Below the pieces are notes generated by a model that had not been told where the DNA came from, did no database searches, and saw nothing but the letters and a program-made list of their open reading frames with translations. Of a DNA stretch of 61,321 bases, positions 37,744 to 47,189 are shown piece after piece. Each line of letters opens with the position of its first letter. Position 1 is the first letter of the stretch. A program made the translations under genes and the position numbers. The DNA is taken from positions 1-61,321 of the forward strand of contig JBFXGO010000009.1 in assembly GCA_050239825.1 (NCBI GenBank), read 5' to 3'. The stretch comes from a bacterium. GTDB lineage: Bacteria; Hydrothermota; 32-111.

Positions 37744-39855
37744 TTATTCTCCTTTTTCTATATAAGTTTCAATTCCGAATTTCTCCAAATCCTCCTGCGA
37801 ATGGTCATACGGGCAGTATTTGTGCTCTCCGGGAATATACCCGTGTACCGGACATATTGAAAATGTCGGAGTAATTGTAAAGTAAGGAAGATGAAAATTT
37901 TCAGCTATCTTCTTCACAAGATTCTTGCATGCTTCAATAGAATAGACCCTCTCTCCCAAGAAACCGTGAAGCACTGTTCCTCCTGTATATTGACACTGAA
38001 GTTCATCCTGGAGGGTGAGAGCCTCAAATAAATCATCCGTGAATCCGACCGGCAGTTGAGTCGAATTTGTATAGTATGGAACATCTCCTCCTGCAGTGAT
38101 TATTTTCGGGAAACTCTCTTTGTCTTTTTTTGCGAGACGGTATGATGTTCCTTCCGCCGGAGAGGCTTCAAGATTATAAAGATTGTTCGACTCTTTTGTA
38201 TATTCCGATAAAATGCTCTTCATAAACTTCAATGTTTCAAGAGCAAATTCTCTGCCCTTCTCATGACCGATATTCTCTTTTACCAGCATTAGAGACGCCT
38301 CATTCATTCCTATAAGCCCTATTGTTGAAAAGTGATGAGACCAATATTTTCCGTTCGTCTCTTTTATTTCGCTTAGGTAGTGCTTTGCGTATGGATATAG
38401 ACCGTCTTCAGTGAATCTTTCAAGGACCTTTCTTTTCACCTCCAGAGATTCTTTTGCTATATCCATCTGTTTTTTGAGTCGGGTCAGAAACTGACCTTTA
38501 TCTTCGCTTTGAAATGCTATTCTTGGAAGATTTATTGTCACGACTCCGATTGAACCTGTCATAGGATTTGCGCCGAAAAGACCGCCACTTCTCAGTGCCG
38601 GAGTGTGATCTTCCTGCTGCTCCTGAGGTTCTCCTTTTGCAAGCAGATTCAACTGAATATTGTTCGAATGCTCTTTAAGCTGGCGATTGTCAAGACGGAG
38701 CCTGCAGCACATGGATCTTGCATCAGAAGGATCCATATCTGAATTGATGAAATTGCTGAAATAGGGTATGCCGTATTTAGAAGTCATTTCCCATATTTTA
38801 TCATGCGTCGGGTTGTTCCAGTCAAAATCCTTTGTTATGTTGTATGTGGGGATTGGGAATGTAAATATTCTTCCCTTCGAGTCTCCCTCCATCATCACCT
38901 CTGCGAATGCAGTGTTGAAGATGTCCATCTCTCTCTGAAATTCTTTGTAGGTCTCGATTCTCCGCTCCCCGCCTATTAGAACTCGGGTATCACGGAATGA
39001 TTGGGGGCACACAAGGTCCATTGTGACATTTGTGAATGGAGTCTGGAATCCCACTCTTGTAGGCACATTGACATTGAAAATAAACTCCTGCATGGCTTGT
39101 TTTACATCATCGTATGTGAGTTCGTCAAACCTGATGAATGGAGCCAGATATGTGTCAAAATTAGAGAATGCCTGCGCTCCGGCAGACTCACCCTGAAGAG
39201 TGTAAAAGAAATTCACTATCTGCCCCAATGCCGTTCTGAAATGCTTCGGCGGCTTGCTCTCAATTTTTCCGGTTACTCCGCCGAGTCCCTTTGTCAGAAG
39301 AAGTTCAATGTCCCAACCACAGCAGTAAACTGAAAGCATTCCAAGGTCATGTATGTGCAGATCCGCCTCTTTATGGGCATTTGCGACTTCTTTTGAATAT
39401 ATTTTTTCAAGCCAGTATTGCGATGAAATTGCAGAGGATATGTGATTATTCAGGCCCTGAAGAGAGTATGACATATTTGAATTTTCATTAACTCTCCAGT
39501 CGCTCTTCTCAATGTAGTCATCCATCAAAGATATTCCGTCTTTCAGCAGGTCCTTTGTATTTCTCAGTTGTGAGTGCTGGTCGCGGTAGAGTATGTATGC
39601 TTTCGCTGTCTTTGCGTAACCGCCCTCAATAAGCATTTTTTCAACCAAGTCCTGCACATTCTCTACTGTAGGCACCCTTCCGTCTTTATATATGACCTCA
39701 AGAACCGCCTCCACCTGATTGGTTATTTTCTTTGCAAGTTCAAGGTCATCCCCTCCGACCGCTTTTGCGGCTTTGTAGATTGCCATGGAAATTTTGTTTT
39801 CATCGAAACTTTCTACTCTGCCGTCTCTCTTTCTGATTTGCACAATCTTTGACAC
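37744..39855 (-). CDS. nrdD: Class III ribonucleoside-triphosphate reductase with ATP cone, lacking the glycyl-radical tail
   Basis: IRKRDG ATP cone, YCCGW, GAQA, TFPIPT, RSMCCRL, YYTNS, TGGTVLH and CPVHG..CPY; the gene ends before any RVxGY. Confidence 0.95.
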   Translation of the reverse strand: MSKIVQIRKRDGRVESFDENKISMAIYKAAKAVGGDDLELAKKITNQVEAVLEVIYKDGRVPTVENVQDLVEKMLIEGGYAKTAKAYILYRDQHSQLRNTKDLLKDGISLMDDYIEKSDWRVNENSNMSYSLQGLNNHISSAISSQYWLEKIYSKEVANAHKEADLHIHDLGMLSVYCCGWDIELLLTKGLGGVTGKIESKPPKHFRTALGQIVNFFYTLQGESAGAQAFSNFDTYLAPFIRFDELTYDDVKQAMQEFIFNVNVPTRVGFQTPFTNVTMDLVCPQSFRDTRVLIGGERRIETYKEFQREMDIFNTAFAEVMMEGDSKGRIFTFPIPTYNITKDFDWNNPTHDKIWEMTSKYGIPYFSNFINSDMDPSDARSMCCRLRLDNRQLKEHSNNIQLNLLAKGEPQEQQEDHTPALRSGGLFGANPMTGSIGVVTINLPRIAFQSEDKGQFLTRLKKQMDIAKESLEVKRKVLERFTEDGLYPYAKHYLSEIKETNGKYWSHHFSTIGLIGMNEASLMLVKENIGHEKGREFALETLKFMKSILSEYTKESNNLYNLEASPAEGTSYRLAKKDKESFPKIITAGGDVPYYTNSTQLPVGFTDDLFEALTLQDELQCQYTGGTVLHGFLGERVYSIEACKNLVKKIAENFHLPYFTITPTFSICPVHGYIPGEHKYCPYDHSQEDLEKFGIETYIEKGE

Positions 39856-39933
39856 TCACTCCTCCGACTTTTTTAGAAATTTAAAAAACAACTAAAAATA
39901 TCTTATTCATTAAAGAGAGAATGTCAAGACCGA

Positions 39934-39982
39934 ACACTATATTTAGTGTTTTTTTATTTTCCAAAAGCACAATAGGTTGAAA
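39934..39982. promoter_or_regulatory. Tandem NrdR boxes
   Basis: ACACTATATTTAGTGT (39934-39949) fits acaCwAtATaTwGtgt, with a weaker GCACAATAGGTTGAAA (39967-39982). Both lie next to a minus-strand TTGACA (39927-39922) upstream of nrdD. Confidence 0.8.
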
Positions 39983-40006
39983 AATAACTTAACTTAATCT
40001 ACTTAT

Positions 40007-40954
40007 TCACCTTACAAAAATCTCGCTTGTTTTAAAACCATATTCAGGTTCAATCTCTACAACTTCCGTAATTGACGATAAATCCGATACATACATTTTC
40101 CCCACATTTGTCGAGAATATCACCTTATCATTTACTCTCTCTACATCAGAGGGTGATGATATTTCAATTGTATCAATTATTGACAAATCCTCTGAAGATA
40201 ATATATACGCATTCTCCATAGCATCAAGAACTATGACAAATCCGTCAATGCATTTCACTTTTCCAAGAAAAGAATTGAAATTCGTTTTGTGAATTATGCT
40301 GTCATTTGATATTTTAATGATGCTTCCGTCTATGGAATTGTAATCCCCTACGCAGGAGACAAAAATATCCTTATTATCCGATATGTCAATATATGATGGA
40401 TTCGAGCCTGACTTTATCTCTCTCTTTTCCCAAGTGTCTGTATTCACCTTATAAATTGAAGCTGTTTCGGAAACATTATTGCTTCCTATATATATAATAT
40501 TTCCATCTCTCACTATCTCCTGAGGAGCGGCAAGCCCTGTGATTGTTTTGACTGTTTTGAGGGACTCTTTCTCCATCACTATAACTGAATTATCGAGCCA
40601 TAGTGATAAATAAATATTTTCATCATCATCTTCGAGATATCCGGGAGATGTCATTTCTCCTGTTGTTTTTTCAAGAATCAAATCTCCGGTAAGAGAGAAT
40701 TTTTGAACTGATGCATTTCCTCCGTAACCTGAATTTGAAATGAATATATTATTATCATCAACAATAATATCAGAAGGTCCGTCTCCTGCAAGTAAAAGAG
40801 GTTCAGTCGTGGAAAGAAGAGTAGAATCCATAACATAGACCGCCTCTGCATACCAGTCAAGAATATAAATTCCGCTGTTTCGCACTTCATTGTGGATTGA
40901 ACATGAATAAATGCCTGCTGTTATCAGCACTACAATTAAGATTTTATTTTTCAT
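40007..40954 (-). CDS. YncE/BtuG-like beta-propeller lipoprotein (cobalamin capture)
   Basis: Lipobox YSC, repeated GPSDI/NPSYI blades and FISNSGYG; downstream of a TonB receptor under a B12 riboswitch. Confidence 0.72.
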   Translation of the reverse strand: MKNKILIVVLITAGIYSCSIHNEVRNSGIYILDWYAEAVYVMDSTLLSTTEPLLLAGDGPSDIIVDDNNIFISNSGYGGNASVQKFSLTGDLILEKTTGEMTSPGYLEDDDENIYLSLWLDNSVIVMEKESLKTVKTITGLAAPQEIVRDGNIIYIGSNNVSETASIYKVNTDTWEKREIKSGSNPSYIDISDNKDIFVSCVGDYNSIDGSIIKISNDSIIHKTNFNSFLGKVKCIDGFVIVLDAMENAYILSSEDLSIIDTIEISSPSDVERVNDKVIFSTNVGKMYVSDLSSITEVVEIEPEYGFKTSEIFVR

Positions 40955-42837
40955 AATTCCGCCTTTAGTGTGAGTTTTATATTTCTTCCTTCAATATAGT
41001 ATCCGTTAACTGATTCAAAGCTCATATCAAGTGGGTTTTCCACAGAGAGAACCAATCTTAATATACTCCAATTTATTCCAATTCCCGCATTCTGAAAATA
41101 AACTTTCTGATTTATCTTTTTCGTATTTGCACTTGACAGATATGAATCACTTGTATAATTCACATTCAATTCAAAGAAAATTTTTCTATAGAGCAGGGTT
41201 ACGGAAAAATTATCCGCGAAGACGGGGGAATACGGAACCATTTTGAAATTATCAGCAATATTGGGCGAAAGGGAGAAGATGTTGCTGGCCTTCACAAATC
41301 CGTTTTCATACTCTGCTGAAAAAATTAAATAAGGATTGCTGACATTCTCTATATTCATTGGAGTATATTTGCCTTCGGCAGAAACCCATTTGATTATTGA
41401 AGTGTAATAATTGAATCCGCAGTCCGTGGTCATTATCAAATTACTCGTTTTCCTCTTTAAATTAATGAATACTCCATTAACGACTTCATTATTCAGATTT
41501 TCATTTCCTTTTGCAAAGGCATCTTCAATCCAGTAAAGTTCATTGAATGTCGGACGCCTTACTGATGTTTTGAATCCATAATCTAACCTCATCTCCTTTA
41601 AATGAAAATATGAAGATGAGTTGATTGAATAAACAAAATTTGTATTCTCTGACTCTGCAACGGCTGCGAACACATCAAATGCGAATCTATCTGCTTTTGT
41701 CGACAAACCCGCAGAAGGAAAAAATTCAAATGCTTTTTTTATCTTTGTTCCCTCTGCTGAATTGATCTGATTGCTTATTGTCAGATTTCCCAACTCATTA
41801 TAATAAGAAATGCCTGATAATATTGAATTGAAGAATGACGAATCCCGTGCAGGAGTGGACAATTCATCATTAAAATAAAAATAGGAGCTTTTTGTAATTG
41901 AGTTTACAAATTTCATTTTGTCATTGAATTTGATTGTTCCCGTGAGAATCACAAGAGAGTTTTTTATTCTGCTTGTTTTATATCTGTATCCTTCAATTCC
42001 CGGATCTCCTGCTTCGCACATGCTGTTTATAAGCGACAATTTTATATTATTCGAATCAAATCCGATGTTATATCCAAATACACTCTTGTCTGAATTTGAT
42101 AATATTGCTCCTTCCGGCATAATCATGTCAGAATAGGAATTTAAAAAGAATCCTCCCTTTAGCCCTTCAAAATCGACATTTGCCGAAATCTCGCCGGAAT
42201 TCATTGAGAGTGATGCTATTGAGGAAAAGTTTTTTTTCTTTGTCTTAAAGTTAATTATTCCGCCGAATAAATTTTCTCCGAATAGAGCTGAATTTGAGTT
42301 TCTGCTTACATTTGCGCTCTCTATCATTGCGGGGGATATCAAATCTATATCTACTATTCTTGACATTTGATTAATTATAGGAACTTCATCAAGAGAAAAT
42401 AGAATATGCTCCTGCGACATTCCTGCAAGAGTGATTGTGTTGCTTCTGTTGAAATGCCTGATTTGAATATATGGAAACAAATTCTCAAGAGCATCTGACA
42501 TATTTGTATTGACACTCCCCTTCTTTATCTCATTCTTCAGAGCCTCCGAATATACCAGACTCCCCTTCATTTCAATCGCATTTTTTTCAAGATAAATCTT
42601 CATGGTCTCTGAATGAGCAGTAAAATAGCTTTTTTTATATCCCATGCACTCTATTGAAAATTTCTCCCCTTCTTCAATGAAGAAAGGCGAAAGAACCTGT
42701 TCCTTTATAGAATTCCTCTCAATTACTACAAAAACAATTTCCTCATTAAAGAGAGAATCATACACAAATATTAATGAAGGAAATATATACAGAAAAGTAA
42801 TGTGAGCCAATAGAGCCGATAAAAATATTTTTTTCAA
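40951..42837 (-). CDS. TonB-dependent receptor, BtuB-like
   Basis: Plug motif IESANVSR..SALFGENLFGGIINF, RRPTFNELYW...GNENLNNE and VENPLD...GRN. Confidence 0.8.
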   Translation of the reverse strand: MKKIFLSALLAHITFLYIFPSLIFVYDSLFNEEIVFVVIERNSIKEQVLSPFFIEEGEKFSIECMGYKKSYFTAHSETMKIYLEKNAIEMKGSLVYSEALKNEIKKGSVNTNMSDALENLFPYIQIRHFNRSNTITLAGMSQEHILFSLDEVPIINQMSRIVDIDLISPAMIESANVSRNSNSALFGENLFGGIINFKTKKKNFSSIASLSMNSGEISANVDFEGLKGGFFLNSYSDMIMPEGAILSNSDKSVFGYNIGFDSNNIKLSLINSMCEAGDPGIEGYRYKTSRIKNSLVILTGTIKFNDKMKFVNSITKSSYFYFNDELSTPARDSSFFNSILSGISYYNELGNLTISNQINSAEGTKIKKAFEFFPSAGLSTKADRFAFDVFAAVAESENTNFVYSINSSSYFHLKEMRLDYGFKTSVRRPTFNELYWIEDAFAKGNENLNNEVVNGVFINLKRKTSNLIMTTDCGFNYYTSIIKWVSAEGKYTPMNIENVSNPYLIFSAEYENGFVKASNIFSLSPNIADNFKMVPYSPVFADNFSVTLLYRKIFFELNVNYTSDSYLSSANTKKINQKVYFQNAGIGINWSILRLVLSVENPLDMSFESVNGYYIEGRNIKLTLKAEL

Positions 42838-42887
42838 AATCCATCCTTTTTGGTTAGGACGGACCCCGTCACAGCAGGTTCCGTTTC

Positions 42888-43028
42888 AACAGGCAGGTTT
42901 CCTGGCTCGCAGCTTCTCTCCTGCCGCCTTCCCCTTTCGGGTGGCATTGGCATTCGCATCTGCTTACAGTTGCTTGACAGCAACGGTTTTTCACCGCTTT
43001 CCCTATTATCTCATCCGAGCACCTGTTT
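42888..43028 (-). ncRNA. Cobalamin riboswitch
   Basis: Minus strand AGGTGC..AATAGGGAAAGCGGTGAAAAACCG..GCAACTGTAA..GCCAC..GGGAAGG..GAGCCAGGAAACCTGCC (B12 box). Confidence 0.93.
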
Positions 43029-43032
43029 TTTT

Positions 43033-43060
43033 ATTATACCCCACTACTTTATTAAGTCAA
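43033..43060 (-). promoter_or_regulatory. Sigma70-type promoter for the riboswitch-btuB unit
   Basis: TTGACT-16-TATAAT directly upstream of the riboswitch. Confidence 0.8.
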
Positions 43061-43061
43061 T

Positions 43062-44043
43062 AGCGGCGGGGGGTGAAAATTGTGAATGCCCTTGAAATTG
43101 ATAAAAAAATATGTATAATTATATTATGAGAAAAGTTAGAATAACATATAAAAATGCTTTGCATCATGTAATGAATAAGGGGATAAAAGGCGAGAATATT
43201 TTTATCGATAATTATTACAAAAACTATTTTCTAAGTTTACTTAAAAATCTCAGTATGAAATATGGCATTGAAATTTTTGCCTATGTTTTAATGAATAATC
43301 ATTACCATCTGATTCTTCGCAACACTAACAACAATCTTTCGAAGTTTATGATGGAGCTGAATGGTGGTTTTGCTTTATTTTATAGAATGAATGTAGGAGG
43401 TAAAGGATACGTTTTCCAGAATCGTTTCAAGTCCACTTTGATTGAAAATGAAAAATATCTGTTAGAAAGCCTTCTATACCTGTATTTGAATCCAGTCAGA
43501 GCAGGATACTGTAAAAATCCTTTTGATTACAAATACTCAAGTATTCAAGAGTTTTCAAATATTGATAGGAAAGAAAACATATGCAACAATGTATTTTTAA
43601 TGCAGCTTTATTCAGGATTAGAGAATTTTAATTCCATTATTAATTCAAAAAATATTAATTTTCAATTAGATATAAAAAATGATATAAACGAATATTTGGG
43701 AAGTGAAAAAACAATTATTGACGCAATAACAAGATGTGAAAGAAGACAAAGAGATAATAGTCCGAATGAAAGAAGAAGAAAAACTGATAGAGGGGGAATG
43801 AGTGCGGAAGATTCTATTTACTATATAGAGAAAAAACTTGGAATTAAAATGGAAAAACTATCTTTTAAAAAAGATAAAAGACTATTAATTAAAATAATTG
43901 CTATTCTGAAAAAAGAGTGTTTGTTAACATATAAAGAAATCTCTAGAATTTCCCCTTTTTGCTTTATTAAATATGATACATTACGCAAAATTGTTTCTTT
44001 AGAATCTAAAAAATAGTTTTCACAATTTTCACCCCCCGCCGCT
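43062..44043. mobile_element. RAYT element bounded by perfect 25-bp inverted repeats
   Basis: AGCGGCGGGGGGTGAAAATTGTGAA (43062-43086) and its exact reverse complement (44019-44043); the interior is much more AT-rich than the flanks. Confidence 0.88.
43126..44016 (+). CDS. REP-associated tyrosine transposase (Y1 HUH) with C-terminal HTH-like extension
   Basis: HHVMNKG, LMNNHYHL (HUH), VFQNRFKS, YLYLNPVRAG and YKYSS; start ATG 43126 after TTGAAA-16-TATAAT. Confidence 0.9.
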   Translation: MRKVRITYKNALHHVMNKGIKGENIFIDNYYKNYFLSLLKNLSMKYGIEIFAYVLMNNHYHLILRNTNNNLSKFMMELNGGFALFYRMNVGGKGYVFQNRFKSTLIENEKYLLESLLYLYLNPVRAGYCKNPFDYKYSSIQEFSNIDRKENICNNVFLMQLYSGLENFNSIINSKNINFQLDIKNDINEYLGSEKTIIDAITRCERRQRDNSPNERRRKTDRGGMSAEDSIYYIEKKLGIKMEKLSFKKDKRLLIKIIAILKKECLLTYKEISRISPFCFIKYDTLRKIVSLESKK

Positions 44044-44080
44044 CTCTTGACTTTTATCTTGTATATGATATAAATATTAT

Positions 44081-44869
44081 ATGTTATATATTGGTGTAAA
44101 TGGAGCGACTGGAAAAATGGGTTCTCTTATTTGCAAAAGAATCCTTTTTGAAAGCGACATGTCACTTACCGACGCATTTGAAAATCCCGAAAATCAATAT
44201 TTGAACTGCGATTTGGGCACATCTATCGGGATTGAAGAGTGGAAAATCAATATTTTGCCTCTCGATAACTCCAAGCAGTATAAAACGAAAGTTTTAATTG
44301 ACTTTTCATCAAAGGAGGGCTTCTCTTCAGCCTTGAACTTCTGCATCTCCTCATCGACCCCATTAGTTTCCGGCACAACAGGTCTTTCGGATGCACAGAT
44401 AAAACAGTTGAAAGAGGCTTCTAAGTCTATTCCCATACTCTACTCCGCCAATATGTCAACAGGTATAAACTCTCTTCTTATACTGCTTGACTCACTGAAG
44501 CAGATTCTCTGCGATAAAGAGAGGGACATAGAGATAATCGAATACCATCACAATCAAAAGAAGGATTCGCCGAGCGGTACAGCATTGGCAATCGCCGAAA
44601 GGATTTCAGAAATATCAAAGAGAAAAATAAATTCATCCGATAAAATTTCATTCCCCCGCGGCTCTGAAATAAGAATACATTCATTGAGAATCGGGTCTGT
44701 GCCGGGTTATCACAAGATTATAATTTCAGGAAACGGAGAGACAATAGAACTCTCCCACTCTGCTGATTCGCGTGACACATTTGTCACAGGTGCAATAAAA
44801 GCGGCGCGCTTCATTGCTAAGAAAAACAGGGGGTTATACACTATGATTGACGCGCTGAAGGAGAAATAA
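44081..44869 (+). CDS. dapB: 4-hydroxy-tetrahydrodipicolinate reductase
   Basis: GATGKMG, IDFS, GTTG, ANMSTG and EYHHNQKKDSPSGTA. Confidence 0.95.
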   Translation: MLYIGVNGATGKMGSLICKRILFESDMSLTDAFENPENQYLNCDLGTSIGIEEWKINILPLDNSKQYKTKVLIDFSSKEGFSSALNFCISSSTPLVSGTTGLSDAQIKQLKEASKSIPILYSANMSTGINSLLILLDSLKQILCDKERDIEIIEYHHNQKKDSPSGTALAIAERISEISKRKINSSDKISFPRGSEIRIHSLRIGSVPGYHKIIISGNGETIELSHSADSRDTFVTGAIKAARFIAKKNRGLYTMIDALKEK

Positions 44870-46014
44870 TGGTTTCAAAAAAGATCAAGCTGATCCCTCC
44901 CTACCTTTTTAATGAGATAGACAAACTAAAGAAATCCATTGAAAATCCCATAGATTTCGGAATCGGAGACCCGGATATGCCCACTCCCGCATTCATAGTC
45001 AAGGAGATGGAGCACCAACTGAAGATAAAGGAGAATCATAGATATCCTTCATACGAAGGCATTCTTGAACTAAGAGAAGAAATATCCAAATATTTCAAAA
45101 AAAGATTTAATGCTGAGATTGACCCTGAAAATGAAATTTTGATTCTCATCGGCTCAAAGGAGGGCATTGCCCACTCCCTTGAAGCATTCCTCGACAAAAA
45201 TGATGAGGTTCTCATACCGTCAATCTGCTACCCTGTATACAGAACTCAGACTCTCCTAAAAGGAGGAATACCCGTTGAATTCCCTGTCTGCTTTGATAAT
45301 TATTTTATCCCCTATTTCAGCGACATCAAGAAGAAGCTCTCCTCAAAAAGCAAGGTGCTCTTCCTCAATTACCCCAATAATCCCTCCGGAGCATCTGTTG
45401 AAAAGAACTTCTATGACCAGGCAGTTGATTTCGCTTTGAAGCAGAATCTAATAATAATGAATGACAATGTCTATTCCGATGTTTACTTTTCAAAAGTGCG
45501 TCCGCCCTCAATCATGCAGTCAAAACAGGCAAAAGAATGTTCCATAGAGTTTCACTCTTTTTCAAAGACATTCAACATGACAGGTTGGAGAATCGGCTAT
45601 GCAGTGGGCGGAAGTCATCTTATAAAGGCATTGAAACAGATAAAGATGAATACGGATTCCGGTGTCTTTGTGCCGATTCAAAAAGCGGCCCTCGCCGGAC
45701 TTAAAAGCATAGACAGCCATGTTATGAGAAACAATATCATAATAAAAAAAAGAGTGGATCTGCTGTGCGAAGCTCTCGGCGAAAAAGATTTTGAATTTCA
45801 CAAACCCAAAGCCGCCTTCTATGTCTTTGCCAAAACAAAAAAGAACATGAAATCGGCAGAATTCACAGAATATCTTTTAAGAGAAGCCGGCATAGTAACT
45901 ACGCCCGGTGTCGGTTTCGGCAGAGATGGGGATGATTTTGTCAGATTCTCCCTGACTCTGAGCGATGCTGACCTCAAGCAAGGTATTAAAAGAATCAAAA
46001 AACTAAAATTATAA
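44869..46014 (+). CDS. dapL: LL-diaminopimelate aminotransferase (class I/II PLP)
   Basis: PPYLF, GIGDPD, GSKEG, NYPNNP and SFSKTFNMTGWRIG; dap context. Confidence 0.85.
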   Translation: MVSKKIKLIPPYLFNEIDKLKKSIENPIDFGIGDPDMPTPAFIVKEMEHQLKIKENHRYPSYEGILELREEISKYFKKRFNAEIDPENEILILIGSKEGIAHSLEAFLDKNDEVLIPSICYPVYRTQTLLKGGIPVEFPVCFDNYFIPYFSDIKKKLSSKSKVLFLNYPNNPSGASVEKNFYDQAVDFALKQNLIIMNDNVYSDVYFSKVRPPSIMQSKQAKECSIEFHSFSKTFNMTGWRIGYAVGGSHLIKALKQIKMNTDSGVFVPIQKAALAGLKSIDSHVMRNNIIIKKRVDLLCEALGEKDFEFHKPKAAFYVFAKTKKNMKSAEFTEYLLREAGIVTTPGVGFGRDGDDFVRFSLTLSDADLKQGIKRIKKLKL

Positions 46015-47189
46015 TGGCACTAATCGTAAAAAAATTCGGAGGCACATCTCTTGCGACACCTTCTCTTGTGATGCATCTTGCAAAGAGAGTGGCGGCAGAA
46101 ATCAAAAACAACAATAAAGTTGTTGTAGTTGTCTCCGCAATGGGAAAGACGACCAATGAACTTATTTCTATGGCAAAACAAATTATCAGCCAGCCCGAAG
46201 AGAGGGAAATGGACATGCTCCTTACAGCAGGAGAGAGAATCTCCATGTCGCTCTTTTCAATGGCTCTTAATTCGCTCAATGTAAAAGCTTACTCGTTTAC
46301 AGGAAGTCAAGTGGGCATTATCACCACAGGAGAGCACACAAATGCAAAGATCCTCTCCGTAAAGGGTGAAAGGCTTCTCTCCGCCCTCAGCGAGGGAATA
46401 ACTCCTATAATAGCAGGATTCCAGGGAGTATCAGGCACGAAGGAGATCACAACTCTCGGGAGGGGTGGCTCCGACACAACCGCAGTCGCGCTTGCGGCAT
46501 TTCTCAAAGCAGATTTATGCGAGATATACACGGATGTGGACGGAGTCTACACAGTTGACCCGAGAATCAATTCAAATGCGAGGCTTATCAATGAAATTTC
46601 ATATGAAGAGATGCTTCTGATGGCTCATTCGGGTTCAAAAGTGCTTCATCCGCGCTCCGTTGAGATTGCGGAAAGATATGGCATAAAACTTGCGGTTAAA
46701 CCTTCTTTCAATGAAGGAGATGGCACAATGGTCACAAATACGGAAAACATAGAATCAGTCAATGTAAGAGGTATAAGCACAAGACAGAACCTTGCGCTTG
46801 TGAATCTCAAGACTCCTGAGAGCAACATAGTGCTTCTCATGAAGAAGCTTAATGCAGGCAATCTTCGGATAGAACTGTTCATAACAAAGAATGCCGACTC
46901 AATATCTGTTGTGGTTGAGCAGGACAGAATCAACGACCTTCTCTCGTTAACGGAAGATTTTTGCACATCAGTTAGCGTAAGCAATGACATAGCAATTGTC
47001 TCTTTCATCGGACCCGGAGTATCAACTGACACTGAAGTTTTGAACAAAATACTTTCAATCACGGAAAAATATTCCAATGATGTCTTCGGATTCTTTACCG
47101 ACAAACTGGTCTTATCCGTAGTCACAAAACAGCCATATGTGGAGAAGATATCAAATGAAGCCGCAAAGGCATTCAATCTCATCAATTAA
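46014..47189 (+). CDS. lysC: Aspartate kinase
   Basis: KFGGTS, VVSAMG, TLGRGGSD and TDVDG; degenerate ACT domains. Confidence 0.95.
   Translation: MALIVKKFGGTSLATPSLVMHLAKRVAAEIKNNNKVVVVVSAMGKTTNELISMAKQIISQPEEREMDMLLTAGERISMSLFSMALNSLNVKAYSFTGSQVGIITTGEHTNAKILSVKGERLLSALSEGITPIIAGFQGVSGTKEITTLGRGGSDTTAVALAAFLKADLCEIYTDVDGVYTVDPRINSNARLINEISYEEMLLMAHSGSKVLHPRSVEIAERYGIKLAVKPSFNEGDGTMVTNTENIESVNVRGISTRQNLALVNLKTPESNIVLLMKKLNAGNLRIELFITKNADSISVVVEQDRINDLLSLTEDFCTSVSVSNDIAIVSFIGPGVSTDTEVLNKILSITEKYSNDVFGFFTDKLVLSVVTKQPYVEKISNEAAKAFNLIN

Noticed and set aside
38590..38675. Intein or intron in nrdD
   Set aside because: The insert is too short, keeps the frame and has no splicing motifs.
42850..43095. 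81-aa plus-strand ORF
   Set aside because: It is an antisense translation of the cobalamin riboswitch and its promoter.
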